Below are positions 50,577 through 60,102 of a DNA stretch of 64,000 nt, in pieces. Below the pieces are notes generated by a model that was not told the DNA's origin, made no database searches, and was given only the letters and a program-made list of their open reading frames with translations. The position numbers and the translations under genes are program-made. The stretch is from NCBI GenBank assembly GCA_964643685.1, contig CAZXTN010000001.1, positions 118,737 through 182,736 of the forward strand, given 5' to 3'. The DNA is from Candidatus Micrarchaeota archaeon. Its GTDB lineage: Archaea > B1Sed10-29 > JAJRYS01. Every line of letters starts with the position of its first letter. The stretch's first letter is position 1.

Positions 50577-51577
50577 TTTTTACCCCTCGCTTCTTTTTTT
50601 TCCATAAGCCACAGCACAAGAACAGCGTTAGTGAACCAAGTTGCTATGATGTCAGCAAGCAAGCCAATAACCATCATAAGAGAGATGTCAAAAAGAACTG
50701 AAATGCTTGCATAGTAAGAGACAATAAGCAAGCTAAGCATTGTGAAAAAAGCAGTTAAAGTCATTGTAAGCCCTGTTTTCAAAGCACCGTTAAGACGCTC
50801 GTATTTTGTGCCTGATTTTCTTTTAATCATTCTGTCATTAAGCATGATGTCCGTGTCAATTGAATAACCAATGAGCATAAGTAAAGGGGCAAAAGTTGCA
50901 AGAGTTAATGGAATGTGAAAAGCCCCTAGAACTGCATAGCCAACTAAAACGTCAAAAAAAGCAGACTGCACAGCTGCAAAAGACAAGACAAAAGTCCTGA
51001 AGTAATAGAAAATTAAAATTGTTATGAAAACAAAAGCTAGGATGATTGCTGTTGTCGCTTGCTTTAAGAAGAAGTCACCAAGAGAAGGGCCGATATCTTG
51101 TATGGAAAGCTGTGAAGATTCAACTTGAAGTTCTGAAGAAAGGAAGGAAATCAGTTTGTCTTTGAATTCTTGTCTTGCTTTTGAAAAGTAAGCATCAGCT
51201 TGATCTTTCAATGGAAGGTTAGACACTCCAAGATCACCTACAGTTGGCTTAAGAAGGGAAATAACTTGCTCATATTTCTGGTTCTTAAAGTAATTCTGAG
51301 CTTTTAAAAGAGTTTTTTCACCTAAAAATTCAATGTAAACACTTTTAGTAGCGCCAGTAACCTGCCTAACTGACAAGTCCTCTAAATCAAAATTTGATTC
51401 AAGTTTGCTTTGAAATTCCTGGACATTTATATCCTTGTTAACAGGAGATACTATTGAAGTCCCTCCTTTCAAATCAATTCCATACTCAACTTGCGTTGAA
51501 AAATAAAGAGACAAGATAAGAATTAAAATTGGGACTATTAGCAATAATTTATAATGCTTAGATGAGTAAATCTTCAT
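50573..51577 (-). CDS. secF: protein-export membrane protein SecF
   Basis: SecF family, GIDLKGGT motif. Confidence 0.8.
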   Translation of the reverse strand: MKIYSSKHYKLLLIVPILILILSLYFSTQVEYGIDLKGGTSIVSPVNKDINVQEFQSKLESNFDLEDLSVRQVTGATKSVYIEFLGEKTLLKAQNYFKNQKYEQVISLLKPTVGDLGVSNLPLKDQADAYFSKARQEFKDKLISFLSSELQVESSQLSIQDIGPSLGDFFLKQATTAIILAFVFITILIFYYFRTFVLSFAAVQSAFFDVLVGYAVLGAFHIPLTLATFAPLLMLIGYSIDTDIMLNDRMIKRKSGTKYERLNGALKTGLTMTLTAFFTMLSLLIVSYYASISVLFDISLMMVIGLLADIIATWFTNAVLVLWLMEKKEARGKK

Positions 51578-51579
51578 TG

Positions 51580-52329
51580 ATGAACACCTTGTTAATTGAT
51601 AGAAAAGGCAAAAAAACCTTAATAAGCACTGAGGAAAGAAAAGCCAACACTCAGTATGGAATAATTAGTGAAACAGACCTTAATAAACTTAATGGTGGGC
51701 TTGTGAAAACGCATACAGGCAAGCAACTGCTTGCAGTGAAACCAAGCTTTCAGGACATGGTTGAAAGCATGAAAATGGGCTCGCGTCCAATATACCCTTA
51801 TGACTCGGGAATAATGTCAGCAATGCTTTCAATTAAAAAAGGAACAAAGGTTCTTGAATCAGGCACAGGAAGCGGAGGAAATACAATTTACTTAGCTGAA
51901 CTTGGAGCAGAGATAGACACGTGGGAAAAAGAAAAAAGGTTCTATGACATAGCTGAAAAAAACCTGGCAAAGTACAAGAATGTGAAAACACATTACGGAA
52001 ACGTGTTGGAACAGAAATTAAAGAGAGAATTTTACGACGTGATTTTTCTGGACTTGCAGAATCCTTCTCAGGCAATTGAGCAAATTGATTACTCTTTAAG
52101 GATAGGTGGTTTTGTGGGTGTTTATTCTCCTATCATGGATGACATCAAGCCGGTTTGGAGGAAACTAGAGGAAAGAGGTTACTTTGACATCAGGGCAATT
52201 CAGTTGGATTTGAAGGAAGTAATTGTTAAAAAGTATGCTCGTGTAAAAGGATTACTAGGATACCCTGGCTGGTTTATCTGGGGTAGGAAAGGAAGTGAGT
52301 TAAAAAATGATGAGTTTGGAAGAAATTGA
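51580..52329 (+). CDS. trmI: SAM-dependent tRNA (adenine-N1) methyltransferase, TrmI/Gcd14-like
   Basis: SAM motif VLESGTGSGGNT; ORF track start 51562 would overlap secF start codon on opposite strand. Confidence 0.55.
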   Translation: MNTLLIDRKGKKTLISTEERKANTQYGIISETDLNKLNGGLVKTHTGKQLLAVKPSFQDMVESMKMGSRPIYPYDSGIMSAMLSIKKGTKVLESGTGSGGNTIYLAELGAEIDTWEKEKRFYDIAEKNLAKYKNVKTHYGNVLEQKLKREFYDVIFLDLQNPSQAIEQIDYSLRIGGFVGVYSPIMDDIKPVWRKLEERGYFDIRAIQLDLKEVIVKKYARVKGLLGYPGWFIWGRKGSELKNDEFGRN

Positions 52330-52465
52330 AGCTGAAATTGTAATGCTTAAAAACAAGATTAAGAACACTAAATCGCATCTTGGAAGAATAGAATTGGAGA
52401 AAAGGTTAAGCGAATTAATTGAAATGAAAAAGACAGCTAAGAACAAAGAACCATGGGAATTATGA
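52307..52465 (+). CDS. hypothetical 52-aa coiled-coil protein
   Basis: ATG-ATG start, heptad-like pattern; overlaps last 23 nt of trmI and abuts arcTGT stop. Confidence 0.3.
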   Translation: MMSLEEIEAEIVMLKNKIKNTKSHLGRIELEKRLSELIEMKKTAKNKEPWEL

Positions 52466-52468
52466 CTT

Positions 52469-54172
52469 TCATTCTTTTTTCTTGTTTTTCCATCTTGGCT
52501 TTACAGCAACTCCTTTTTCAAAGTCAAGCATTTCTTTCTTGTTAAGAAGAGCTTCGCCTGACGCAAGCAATTCTCCCTCCTCGTTTATGACTAGAACTTC
52601 TTGTCCTGGGATAATTGAATCATCAGCATCTAAGACATGCTTTGCAAACACGCTTCTGCCCTCTCTTATAAACTCGCTTGCCTCATTTTTTACCTTGACT
52701 CTGAATTGCATTCCGCTGGTTTTCTCAAACAACAACTCAGCTCCAAAGTGGAGGAGTATTTTGAAGTCAGTTGCCCTGAAAGTAGTTAAGAGCTTGCCGT
52801 TTTTGTTAACTTCCCTTATTTTATGTGTTTTTGGCGACACCCTTATCTTGCAATCCTCGTCAAAGATATTCACTCCAAACCAGTATAATGAAACATCTTT
52901 TATTTTTTCATAATTGTTTTTTGTCTTAGGGTACTTGGAATCACCTGTAACTGAATGTGAAAAGGGATAGCATTCAAGCAGAGTTTTCGGAACCCTGCCA
53001 AATAATTCATGCATGTAATAATCTTTTGATGGCACGCGTGCTAGCATTTTTTCAACTCTTTCAATCAAAGGTTGTTTTGTGGAGAATTCTGTTGATACAA
53101 AGAAATGGCTTTTTGTCAGCTTGTCTTTCTTTGCCAAGTATCTCAAGTTAGCTTGGCTTGTGAATGCTTTCATTGCCTTGTATAATTCTGGATGAGCAGC
53201 TGCTCTTTGTTCTATTAATTCAAACAAACTTCCTTGCTTGATGTTTTCTTTGATCAAATTTATTTCATTGAAAGTAACGTAAAGGTTGTGTTCAGCTAAG
53301 TCTTTGAAAGTCAAGTCGCTTGGTTTTTTTCCAACGCAAGCTGGGCAAGAGCATGGAAGGTGTGTCATTTCATCCAAGTGAAGGGTTCCTGTTGGCGTCA
53401 AGTACCTCTTGTCTTTTGCGTAGAGGATGTAAGCTGCTGAGTCAAACAAGTCAATTCCCATTGCAACTGCGAATGCGAAGAACATTGGATGCCCTGCTCC
53501 GAACAAGTGCACTGGCCTGTTTTCAGGAAGGTTTTCTTTTGCGTTGCGCATGATGTCAATTAATTCAGCGAATTTGTATTTTACGAGAAGAGGAACAACA
53601 GAACCTATTGGGTGAATGTCAAAGTTCAATTCACTCATTGCTCTGCTTGTTTTCACAACCAAGTCAGAATGAACCCCTCCTTGAATCGGCCCGCACCACA
53701 ACCTCTCTTTATCAATTAATTCCTGAGCTTCTTTCGCCCTTTGAATTGTTTCTTCGACGTTTTTTTCAATTGCTTTCTTGTAGCTTGTTTTTGAAGGAAT
53801 GTCAAGGATTACCCCTATGTCTACTCCTATTTTTTTCTGAAAGTCAATTATCTGCTCGTTTGAAACGTCAATGTCCCCGTATTCCATTAATTGGAAAGCT
53901 CCTGAGTCAGTCATAATAGGGCCTGTGTATTGCAGAAAGTTGTGCACTCCTTGTGCCAGGACTTCTTCTTGATGATTTTTCCATAAAATGTATGAGTTTG
54001 TAATCACTGCTTGTGCTCCGAATTTCTGCATTTCGCTTGCTTTAATTACTTGCTGGTTGGGGTTGATTACTGGAAAAATCGTAGGCGTCTCTATGTTACC
54101 GTGTGGCGTTTTCAAAACACCTATTCTGCCTCCTAAGTCTCTTGCTTTGATTTCAAATTCAACCATTTTCAA
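52469..54172 (-). CDS. tgtA: archaeosine tRNA-guanine transglycosylase (arcTGT) with C-terminal PUA domain
   Basis: TGT catalytic barrel, zinc site CSCPAC, 567 aa. Confidence 0.8.
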   Translation of the reverse strand: MKMVEFEIKARDLGGRIGVLKTPHGNIETPTIFPVINPNQQVIKASEMQKFGAQAVITNSYILWKNHQEEVLAQGVHNFLQYTGPIMTDSGAFQLMEYGDIDVSNEQIIDFQKKIGVDIGVILDIPSKTSYKKAIEKNVEETIQRAKEAQELIDKERLWCGPIQGGVHSDLVVKTSRAMSELNFDIHPIGSVVPLLVKYKFAELIDIMRNAKENLPENRPVHLFGAGHPMFFAFAVAMGIDLFDSAAYILYAKDKRYLTPTGTLHLDEMTHLPCSCPACVGKKPSDLTFKDLAEHNLYVTFNEINLIKENIKQGSLFELIEQRAAAHPELYKAMKAFTSQANLRYLAKKDKLTKSHFFVSTEFSTKQPLIERVEKMLARVPSKDYYMHELFGRVPKTLLECYPFSHSVTGDSKYPKTKNNYEKIKDVSLYWFGVNIFDEDCKIRVSPKTHKIREVNKNGKLLTTFRATDFKILLHFGAELLFEKTSGMQFRVKVKNEASEFIREGRSVFAKHVLDADDSIIPGQEVLVINEEGELLASGEALLNKKEMLDFEKGVAVKPRWKNKKKE

Positions 54173-54215
54173 AAAAACCTCTTTAAGAAAAAGTGAAAAA
54201 AAGAGTTTAAAAGGA

Positions 54216-54932
54216 TTAGTGTTTAGGCATGTATTTTTCTCTTAGTTTCTTTGCATATTTTTCCTTGACATTTATTTTTATTTCTTTGAATTTCTGTTTT
54301 GGTTTTTCAGGCACGTAGCTTGAGGCAAAGTCGCTTGCTTTTCTTCTCACTATTGGCTGTTCTTTTTTAATTACTTTTTTTTCTGGCTTAAGTTGAGAGA
54401 TTATTTCTTTTAATTCTTCATTTTGAGTAAATAAGTAAGAAAGGACAAGGAGTGAAAGGATTAGTGAAACAAGTGATATTATGCCTATTATGTTGATGAA
54501 GTCAATTGAATTGCTTGTGTTCAAGGCGACAATAAGGCCTGTTATTCTTGCTCCTTCTTCATTGAATCCGTATCTTTCATAAGTTGCTTTTGATTTTTCA
54601 TAAAGTTGTATTGCTTTGCTTTTAAGCCCTTCTTTTTTGTAGGCTTCTGCTGCTTTTTCATAGGAGCTTGCTCTTAAGAAATTGTCTGCTCCTGGAAGAA
54701 GGGAATCAGCAGCGTCAATGTAATACTCGGCTGATTTTTCATAGTAAAAATTAGCTTGTTTAATGTTTCCTTGGTTGTAAAAGCAGTCTCCTGCGTGCAT
54801 GTATTCTCCAGCTGCGCCGAAGTAGCTTGGGTAAGGTGGTGCTAGTCTGTCTTCTGCTAGTGACACGAAGTCGTAGCAGTTGGCAAAAACAAGCCCTGTT
54901 AAAACAAGTAAAGAGAATAAAATTTTTTTCAT
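54216..54932 (-). CDS. hypothetical membrane-anchored protein (signal peptide + C-proximal TM, TPR-like helical region)
   Basis: Hydrophobicity pattern only. Confidence 0.45.
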   Translation of the reverse strand: MKKILFSLLVLTGLVFANCYDFVSLAEDRLAPPYPSYFGAAGEYMHAGDCFYNQGNIKQANFYYEKSAEYYIDAADSLLPGADNFLRASSYEKAAEAYKKEGLKSKAIQLYEKSKATYERYGFNEEGARITGLIVALNTSNSIDFINIIGIISLVSLILSLLVLSYLFTQNEELKEIISQLKPEKKVIKKEQPIVRRKASDFASSYVPEKPKQKFKEIKINVKEKYAKKLREKYMPKH

Positions 54933-55030
54933 GATTATTTTTATGAAAAAACTTGTTTATTTAGTTTTTCTTTTAGAGAAAAGTAGATAAACTAAAAGAA
55001 AAACGTTTGAGCAAACAAGAAAAAGGCGAT

Positions 55031-56155
55031 TTACCTTTTCTTTTTTCTATTGTTGCTTTTTTTCTTTGTTTTCTGTTGTGGTATGAATGGAGGTATTTTT
55101 CCAGCTGGCTCTGATATTATAACTTGTTTTGGGTAAGGTATTTCCACGTCATGTTTTGAGAATTCGTTTAATATTATTCTTTTGGCATCTGATTGGGCGT
55201 CAACAAGGCTTCCTTTTTTAGTGTCAAGCCAGAACCTTAATTGCAGGTCTATTGAAGATGCTCCGAAGTTTTGAAGCAGGACTTGTATTGGTTTTTTTGA
55301 ATTGTTTAAGATAGCTCCTTTTATTTTTGTAGGCACTTTTTTCATTATATCCATTGCTGTTTTCAAGTCGCTTTCATAAGCAATGCCTACGTCAACTTCT
55401 ATTCTTCTGTTTTTTTCTCTTGTGTAATTTATGACTGGGTTGCTGTTGATGATGAGGTTTGGTATCATTATTACTTTATTGTCAAATGTTTTCAGCTTTG
55501 TCATTCTTAACCCTATTTCATCAACTACTCCTAGTTTTCCTTGTATTTCAACAACTTCTCCGTATCTCAATGGCTTGTCAAAAGCAATGAATATTCCTGC
55601 TAAAGTGTTTGACACAACATCTTTTGCGGCGAAACCTACTGTGATTCCAATTACTCCTGCTCCTGCTATGAAGCCGGTAAACACGCTGGTATATCCTAAG
55701 ATTGACAAGGCTGCGAAGAAGGCAATGGTGTAAATAGTGTAGCTTATTATGTTTTCAATCATTTTATGAGTGTGTTCTGACAAGTCAATTGACTCCATTT
55801 TTTCGTCAATTTTTCTGATTGAAGGACGCAGTACTGCGAGAGAAATTTTCATTACAAAAAAAAGCAGGATTAACTGGTAGTACTTGTTATTGAAAACATC
55901 ATTTACTCCCAAAATGAGGAACAGAATGTAGAAGGATATTATGTATATTGCGAATCTTATTGCGTTTGCAAGTTCCTTGTGTGCTGTTTCTGACAGGTCC
56001 ATTTTGTGATATTGGTCTACCCAATCGTCAAGCCATTTTGGAATACGGGGGATGATTTTTACGCTGAGGAAAGTAGATACTGCCCATATTCCAATTTCTA
56101 TTGCTTTTGCAAGCAAGACTGCTTCTTCAATTGAGTATCCGAATAATTCAATCAT
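55031..56155 (-). CDS. mscS: mechanosensitive ion channel, MscS family
   Basis: TM3 + beta-domain (LRMTKLKTFDNKVIMIPN). Confidence 0.8.
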   Translation of the reverse strand: MIELFGYSIEEAVLLAKAIEIGIWAVSTFLSVKIIPRIPKWLDDWVDQYHKMDLSETAHKELANAIRFAIYIISFYILFLILGVNDVFNNKYYQLILLFFVMKISLAVLRPSIRKIDEKMESIDLSEHTHKMIENIISYTIYTIAFFAALSILGYTSVFTGFIAGAGVIGITVGFAAKDVVSNTLAGIFIAFDKPLRYGEVVEIQGKLGVVDEIGLRMTKLKTFDNKVIMIPNLIINSNPVINYTREKNRRIEVDVGIAYESDLKTAMDIMKKVPTKIKGAILNNSKKPIQVLLQNFGASSIDLQLRFWLDTKKGSLVDAQSDAKRIILNEFSKHDVEIPYPKQVIISEPAGKIPPFIPQQKTKKKSNNRKKKR

Positions 56156-56212
56156 GTGTTTAATAGTAAAATCAAGGTTGTTTAAATAACTTTAACAAGA
56201 GCTTTTAAACAC

Positions 56213-57133
56213 GTGTTTTCATTAATAATAGTCATGAATGGAAAAGAGATAATTGATGTTGCTTTGAAACAGGCGAAGAAGCAGGCAAGAGCCAAGAAGA
56301 GGTGGAAAGAAGCTGACTTGGTTAAAATTAATTCTATTCATGCAATCACTTTAGGCTACTTGAATAATTACATTCGTGAAACAAGCGTGGAGTTAACTGA
56401 TTTTCAAAAAAAGCTTGCTGAAACAATGATTGACGTAAAGGAAAAGAACAATGAGATACAGAGGATAAAGGCAAGTATTAGGATACTTAAGAAGCTGAAA
56501 GATGAGTATGAGATGAAATTGAAATACGGCGACAGCCCTAAACAAAACAAGCAGGTAATGAAGGAGTATATTGGAAGGTATTCGTCTGTTGTAAAGAAAA
56601 TAAGGACAAGTGAGATTGACAAGTTTTTGAAGAAACTGAACACTCTTCCGAAAATAAAGGAGATGAGCACTATTATCTTAGCTGGGTATCCGAATGTTGG
56701 AAAATCTCAGTTTCTTAAAACAGCAACAGGGCATAAAGTAAGAACTGCTCCTTATCCTTTCACTACAAAAGAAATTCTCATTGGTTATGTTAAGAACAGG
56801 TATGATAAAGTGCAGTTGATTGATACTCCTGGGCTTCTTGACCGTCCTTTTGAAAAGAGGAACAAGACAGAGCAGAAAGCAGTGCTTGCATTAAAGTACT
56901 TGTCCAAGAACGTGTTGTTTTTAATTGATGCAAGTGAAACCTGTGGTTACTCCTTGAAAGAGCAGGAGAATTTGCTGAAAGAGATTAAGAAGCAGTTTAA
57001 TCCAAAATTAGTTGTAATTGCAACAAAAATCGACTTGCCTCATAAGGAAGTTAAATCAGATTACAAGGTGAATGCTACTGACAAAAAGCAAGTGCAGGAA
57101 GTTCTTAAAGAAGTTATGAAAAAATTTTTTTAG
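56213..57133 (+). CDS. Nog1/Obg-family GTP-binding protein
   Basis: GYPNVGKSQF, DTPGLLD G-motifs preceded by NOG1-N-like helical domain. Confidence 0.75.
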   Translation: MFSLIIVMNGKEIIDVALKQAKKQARAKKRWKEADLVKINSIHAITLGYLNNYIRETSVELTDFQKKLAETMIDVKEKNNEIQRIKASIRILKKLKDEYEMKLKYGDSPKQNKQVMKEYIGRYSSVVKKIRTSEIDKFLKKLNTLPKIKEMSTIILAGYPNVGKSQFLKTATGHKVRTAPYPFTTKEILIGYVKNRYDKVQLIDTPGLLDRPFEKRNKTEQKAVLALKYLSKNVLFLIDASETCGYSLKEQENLLKEIKKQFNPKLVVIATKIDLPHKEVKSDYKVNATDKKQVQEVLKEVMKKFF

Positions 57134-57228
57134 GAAAAAATAGAGACTAATTATCAGGAGTAGTTTGTGATAAAACAAAAGTTTTTAATCAGATGAAGGA
57201 TACAAAAGAAAAGAGAAGGTGATGGCAG

Positions 57229-57495
57229 ATGAAGGTAGATGAGAGGTTGAAAGAAGTTGCTGAATTAATGGAACCTATAATTGAAGACACCACTGTTCCT
57301 AAAAATATTAGAAACAAGATAAATGAAGCTAAGGAGAAAGTGCTGTCAAAAGAAGGGGAAAAAGCAGTGAACATAGCTAATGCGATTTACTTAATTGACG
57401 AGATTTCAAATGACATAAACATGCCTTTTCATATAAGAACAGAAATGTGGAGCATTCTATCTGAACTTGAAGCGATAAAAGAAGAAATAAAATAA
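57229..57495 (+). CDS. UPF0147-family archaeal protein
   Basis: DTTVPKNIRNKINEAKE ... IDEISNDINMPFHIRTEMW matches UPF0147 signature. Confidence 0.65.
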   Translation: MKVDERLKEVAELMEPIIEDTTVPKNIRNKINEAKEKVLSKEGEKAVNIANAIYLIDEISNDINMPFHIRTEMWSILSELEAIKEEIK

Positions 57496-57505
57496 GAAAA
57501 AGGAA

Positions 57506-58558
57506 TTGAAGAAAATGGATGTTGAAAAAAAACTAGCTTTGATAACAAGAATTCCTGTAGAAGAAGTGGTTACTGAACAGGAACTAAAAGAGCTTCTTGA
57601 AACAAAAAGCAACCCTTTAGCTTATGACGGTTTTGAACCAAGCGGAATGGCTCATCTTGGAACCGGCTTAATGAGGGCACAGAAAATAAGAGACTTGCAG
57701 GAAGCTGGTGTTGATTTCGTGCTTTACCTTGCTGATTGGCACGCGATGATAAACAACAAGCTAGGCGGGGACTTGGAAAGAATACAAGCAGCTGGAAGAT
57801 ACTTGATTAAAGTATGGGAAACGCTTGGAGTAGACACTTCTAAAATTAAAATCAGGTGGGCAAGCGAGTTCGTAAACGACCCTGAATACTGGAAAAAAGT
57901 CATAAGCGTCTCAAAAAACACTACAATGAAAAGAATGATGAGAGCAACGACAATAATGGGAAGAAAGGAAGGGGAATTGACAGATGCTGCGCAGGTGCTT
58001 TACCCTGCAATGCAAGTGGCTGACATTTTCCACATGAACATTGACATTTGCCAGCTTGGAATGGATCAAAGAAAAGCAAACATGCTTGCAAGAGAACTTG
58101 CCCCTAAGCTTGGTTTTAAAAAGCCAATTGTTGTTTCTCATCATTTAATAATGGGCTTGCAGGGCCCTCAGAGAATGGAGATGGATGCTAAAATGAGCAA
58201 AAGTAATCCTGACTCATCAATACTTGTGCATGACTCGCCTGAAGAGATAATGAGGAAAATAAGCAAAGCATACTGCCCTGAAAAAGAAGTTGAATCAAAC
58301 CCTCTAATGGAGTATTCCAAGTACTTGATTTTCAGAGGAGAGGAGAAGAGCATTGAAATAAAACGCCCTGAGAAATTCGGAGGCAATATGGAAATTCATT
58401 CATATGAAGAACTTGAAAACGTTTACAAGCAGGGAAAACTGCATCCAATGGACTTGAAGAAAATGGTTGCAGAACGGCTTTCAATACTGCTGAAACCTGC
58501 AAGGGATTATTTTGAAAAAGAACCTGAACTGCTTGAAATTTTCAAAGAAAAACCATGA
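57506..58558 (+). CDS. tyrS: tyrosyl-tRNA synthetase (archaeal type)
   Basis: FEPSGMAHLGT (HIGH-like) and KMSKS motifs. Confidence 0.9.
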   Translation: MKKMDVEKKLALITRIPVEEVVTEQELKELLETKSNPLAYDGFEPSGMAHLGTGLMRAQKIRDLQEAGVDFVLYLADWHAMINNKLGGDLERIQAAGRYLIKVWETLGVDTSKIKIRWASEFVNDPEYWKKVISVSKNTTMKRMMRATTIMGRKEGELTDAAQVLYPAMQVADIFHMNIDICQLGMDQRKANMLARELAPKLGFKKPIVVSHHLIMGLQGPQRMEMDAKMSKSNPDSSILVHDSPEEIMRKISKAYCPEKEVESNPLMEYSKYLIFRGEEKSIEIKRPEKFGGNMEIHSYEELENVYKQGKLHPMDLKKMVAERLSILLKPARDYFEKEPELLEIFKEKP

Positions 58559-58632
58559 TATACAAAAGGAGCTCTTAAAAATTAACTTGAAAAAAGGGTA
58601 TGCATTTAAGGACTCCGACGAGTTGATTTTGC

Positions 58633-60102
58633 ATGAACATAATAGAAGAAATTCAGAAAAAAGGCTACTTGCTTACTCCTGATGCTCTTGAATACTTGAA
58701 AACAAGCGTGGACGCCGAGGAAATAGCAAGAAGAGCAATGGAAGAGGCAAAAGGAAAGCTTGTTATTGAAAAAAAAGACCTTGAGCAAAAGCAGAAAGCA
58801 AAAGAAGTGATAAGAGAAGAAGCTAAAGCAATTGTTGAATTTACAAGCTTCAAGCCTATTGGAAAAGAAGTAAGTGCAGAAGTTAAGATTATAGGAAATA
58901 ACGTGACAAGCAAGTCAACTTCCACTGGAAAATTAGAGGATTTTGTTTCTTATTTCAACAGCAGGTATGAGAAGATAAGTGAAATGCTGAAAAAAAGAGG
59001 ACAGCATCCTTATAAAAAAATAGAAAACTTGAGAAGCGGTTATGAGAAAGTAAAAGTAATAGGCATCTTCAATGAAAAAAGAACAACAAAAAACGGGCAT
59101 GTGTTAATGAACATAGAAGACCCTACTGGCACGCTTAATGTCCTTATCCCAAAAAGCAACAAAAGGCTTCTTGAATTTTCAGCAAACATAATAAATGACG
59201 AGATAATAGCAGTTGAAGGAAGGCTGAGCAAAGAACTGTTCATAGCAGACGAAATATACCAACCTGAAATTCCAATAAGGCCAGTTAAAACAACAGAAGA
59301 TGACATAGCAATAGTGCTCACTTCAGACATGCATATTGGAAGCAAGCTTTTCATGAAAAAAAATTTTGAAAACTTTCTAGAATGGCTTCATGGCAAAAGG
59401 GGAAATGAAAAGCAAAGGAAACTAGCTGAAAAAGTCAAGTACTTGACAATTTCAGGAGACAATGTTGACGGAATTGGAATTTACCCAACTCAAGAAGAAG
59501 AATTAGAAGAAAGTGACATTTTCAAGCAGTATGAAATGCTTGAGGACTATTTGTTGAAAGTGCCTGATTACATTCACATAGTTTTAGCTCCTGGAAACCA
59601 CGATGCTGTTAAAACAGCAGACCCACAGCCTCAGCTGACAAAAGAGTTAGTGCCAAGGTTATATGAATCAAAAGATGTAACGCTCATAGGAAGCCCAACA
59701 ATGGTTGAAATACATGGATTGAAGCAGCTTATTTACCATGGAACCTGCTTCGTTGACTTCGTAAATGCCTTGCCTACAGCTAGTTTTGACAAAGGAAGCG
59801 AGATAATGACTGAAATGCTTAAACGCAGGCATCTTCATCCAATTTACGGTGGAAAACCAATCACTCCTGAAAAAGAAGATTACTTGGTAATTGAACAAGT
59901 GCCTGATATTTTCCAAGCAGGAGAAAGCCATAACAATTCATACAAAATTTACAGGGGAACAATAAACATAAATGCAGGCACATGGCAGGCTCTTACAGAA
60001 TATCAGGTAAAGCAAGGGCACAAAGCAACCCCTGCAATAGTGCCTGTTATTGAAACAAAATACGGCAGAATAAACGCTATTCACTTTGACAAGCAAGTGT
60101 GA
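58633..60102 (+). CDS. DNA polymerase II (PolD) small subunit DP1
   Basis: Calcineurin-like phosphoesterase motifs (DMHIG, GNHD). Confidence 0.85.
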   Translation: MNIIEEIQKKGYLLTPDALEYLKTSVDAEEIARRAMEEAKGKLVIEKKDLEQKQKAKEVIREEAKAIVEFTSFKPIGKEVSAEVKIIGNNVTSKSTSTGKLEDFVSYFNSRYEKISEMLKKRGQHPYKKIENLRSGYEKVKVIGIFNEKRTTKNGHVLMNIEDPTGTLNVLIPKSNKRLLEFSANIINDEIIAVEGRLSKELFIADEIYQPEIPIRPVKTTEDDIAIVLTSDMHIGSKLFMKKNFENFLEWLHGKRGNEKQRKLAEKVKYLTISGDNVDGIGIYPTQEEELEESDIFKQYEMLEDYLLKVPDYIHIVLAPGNHDAVKTADPQPQLTKELVPRLYESKDVTLIGSPTMVEIHGLKQLIYHGTCFVDFVNALPTASFDKGSEIMTEMLKRRHLHPIYGGKPITPEKEDYLVIEQVPDIFQAGESHNNSYKIYRGTININAGTWQALTEYQVKQGHKATPAIVPVIETKYGRINAIHFDKQV

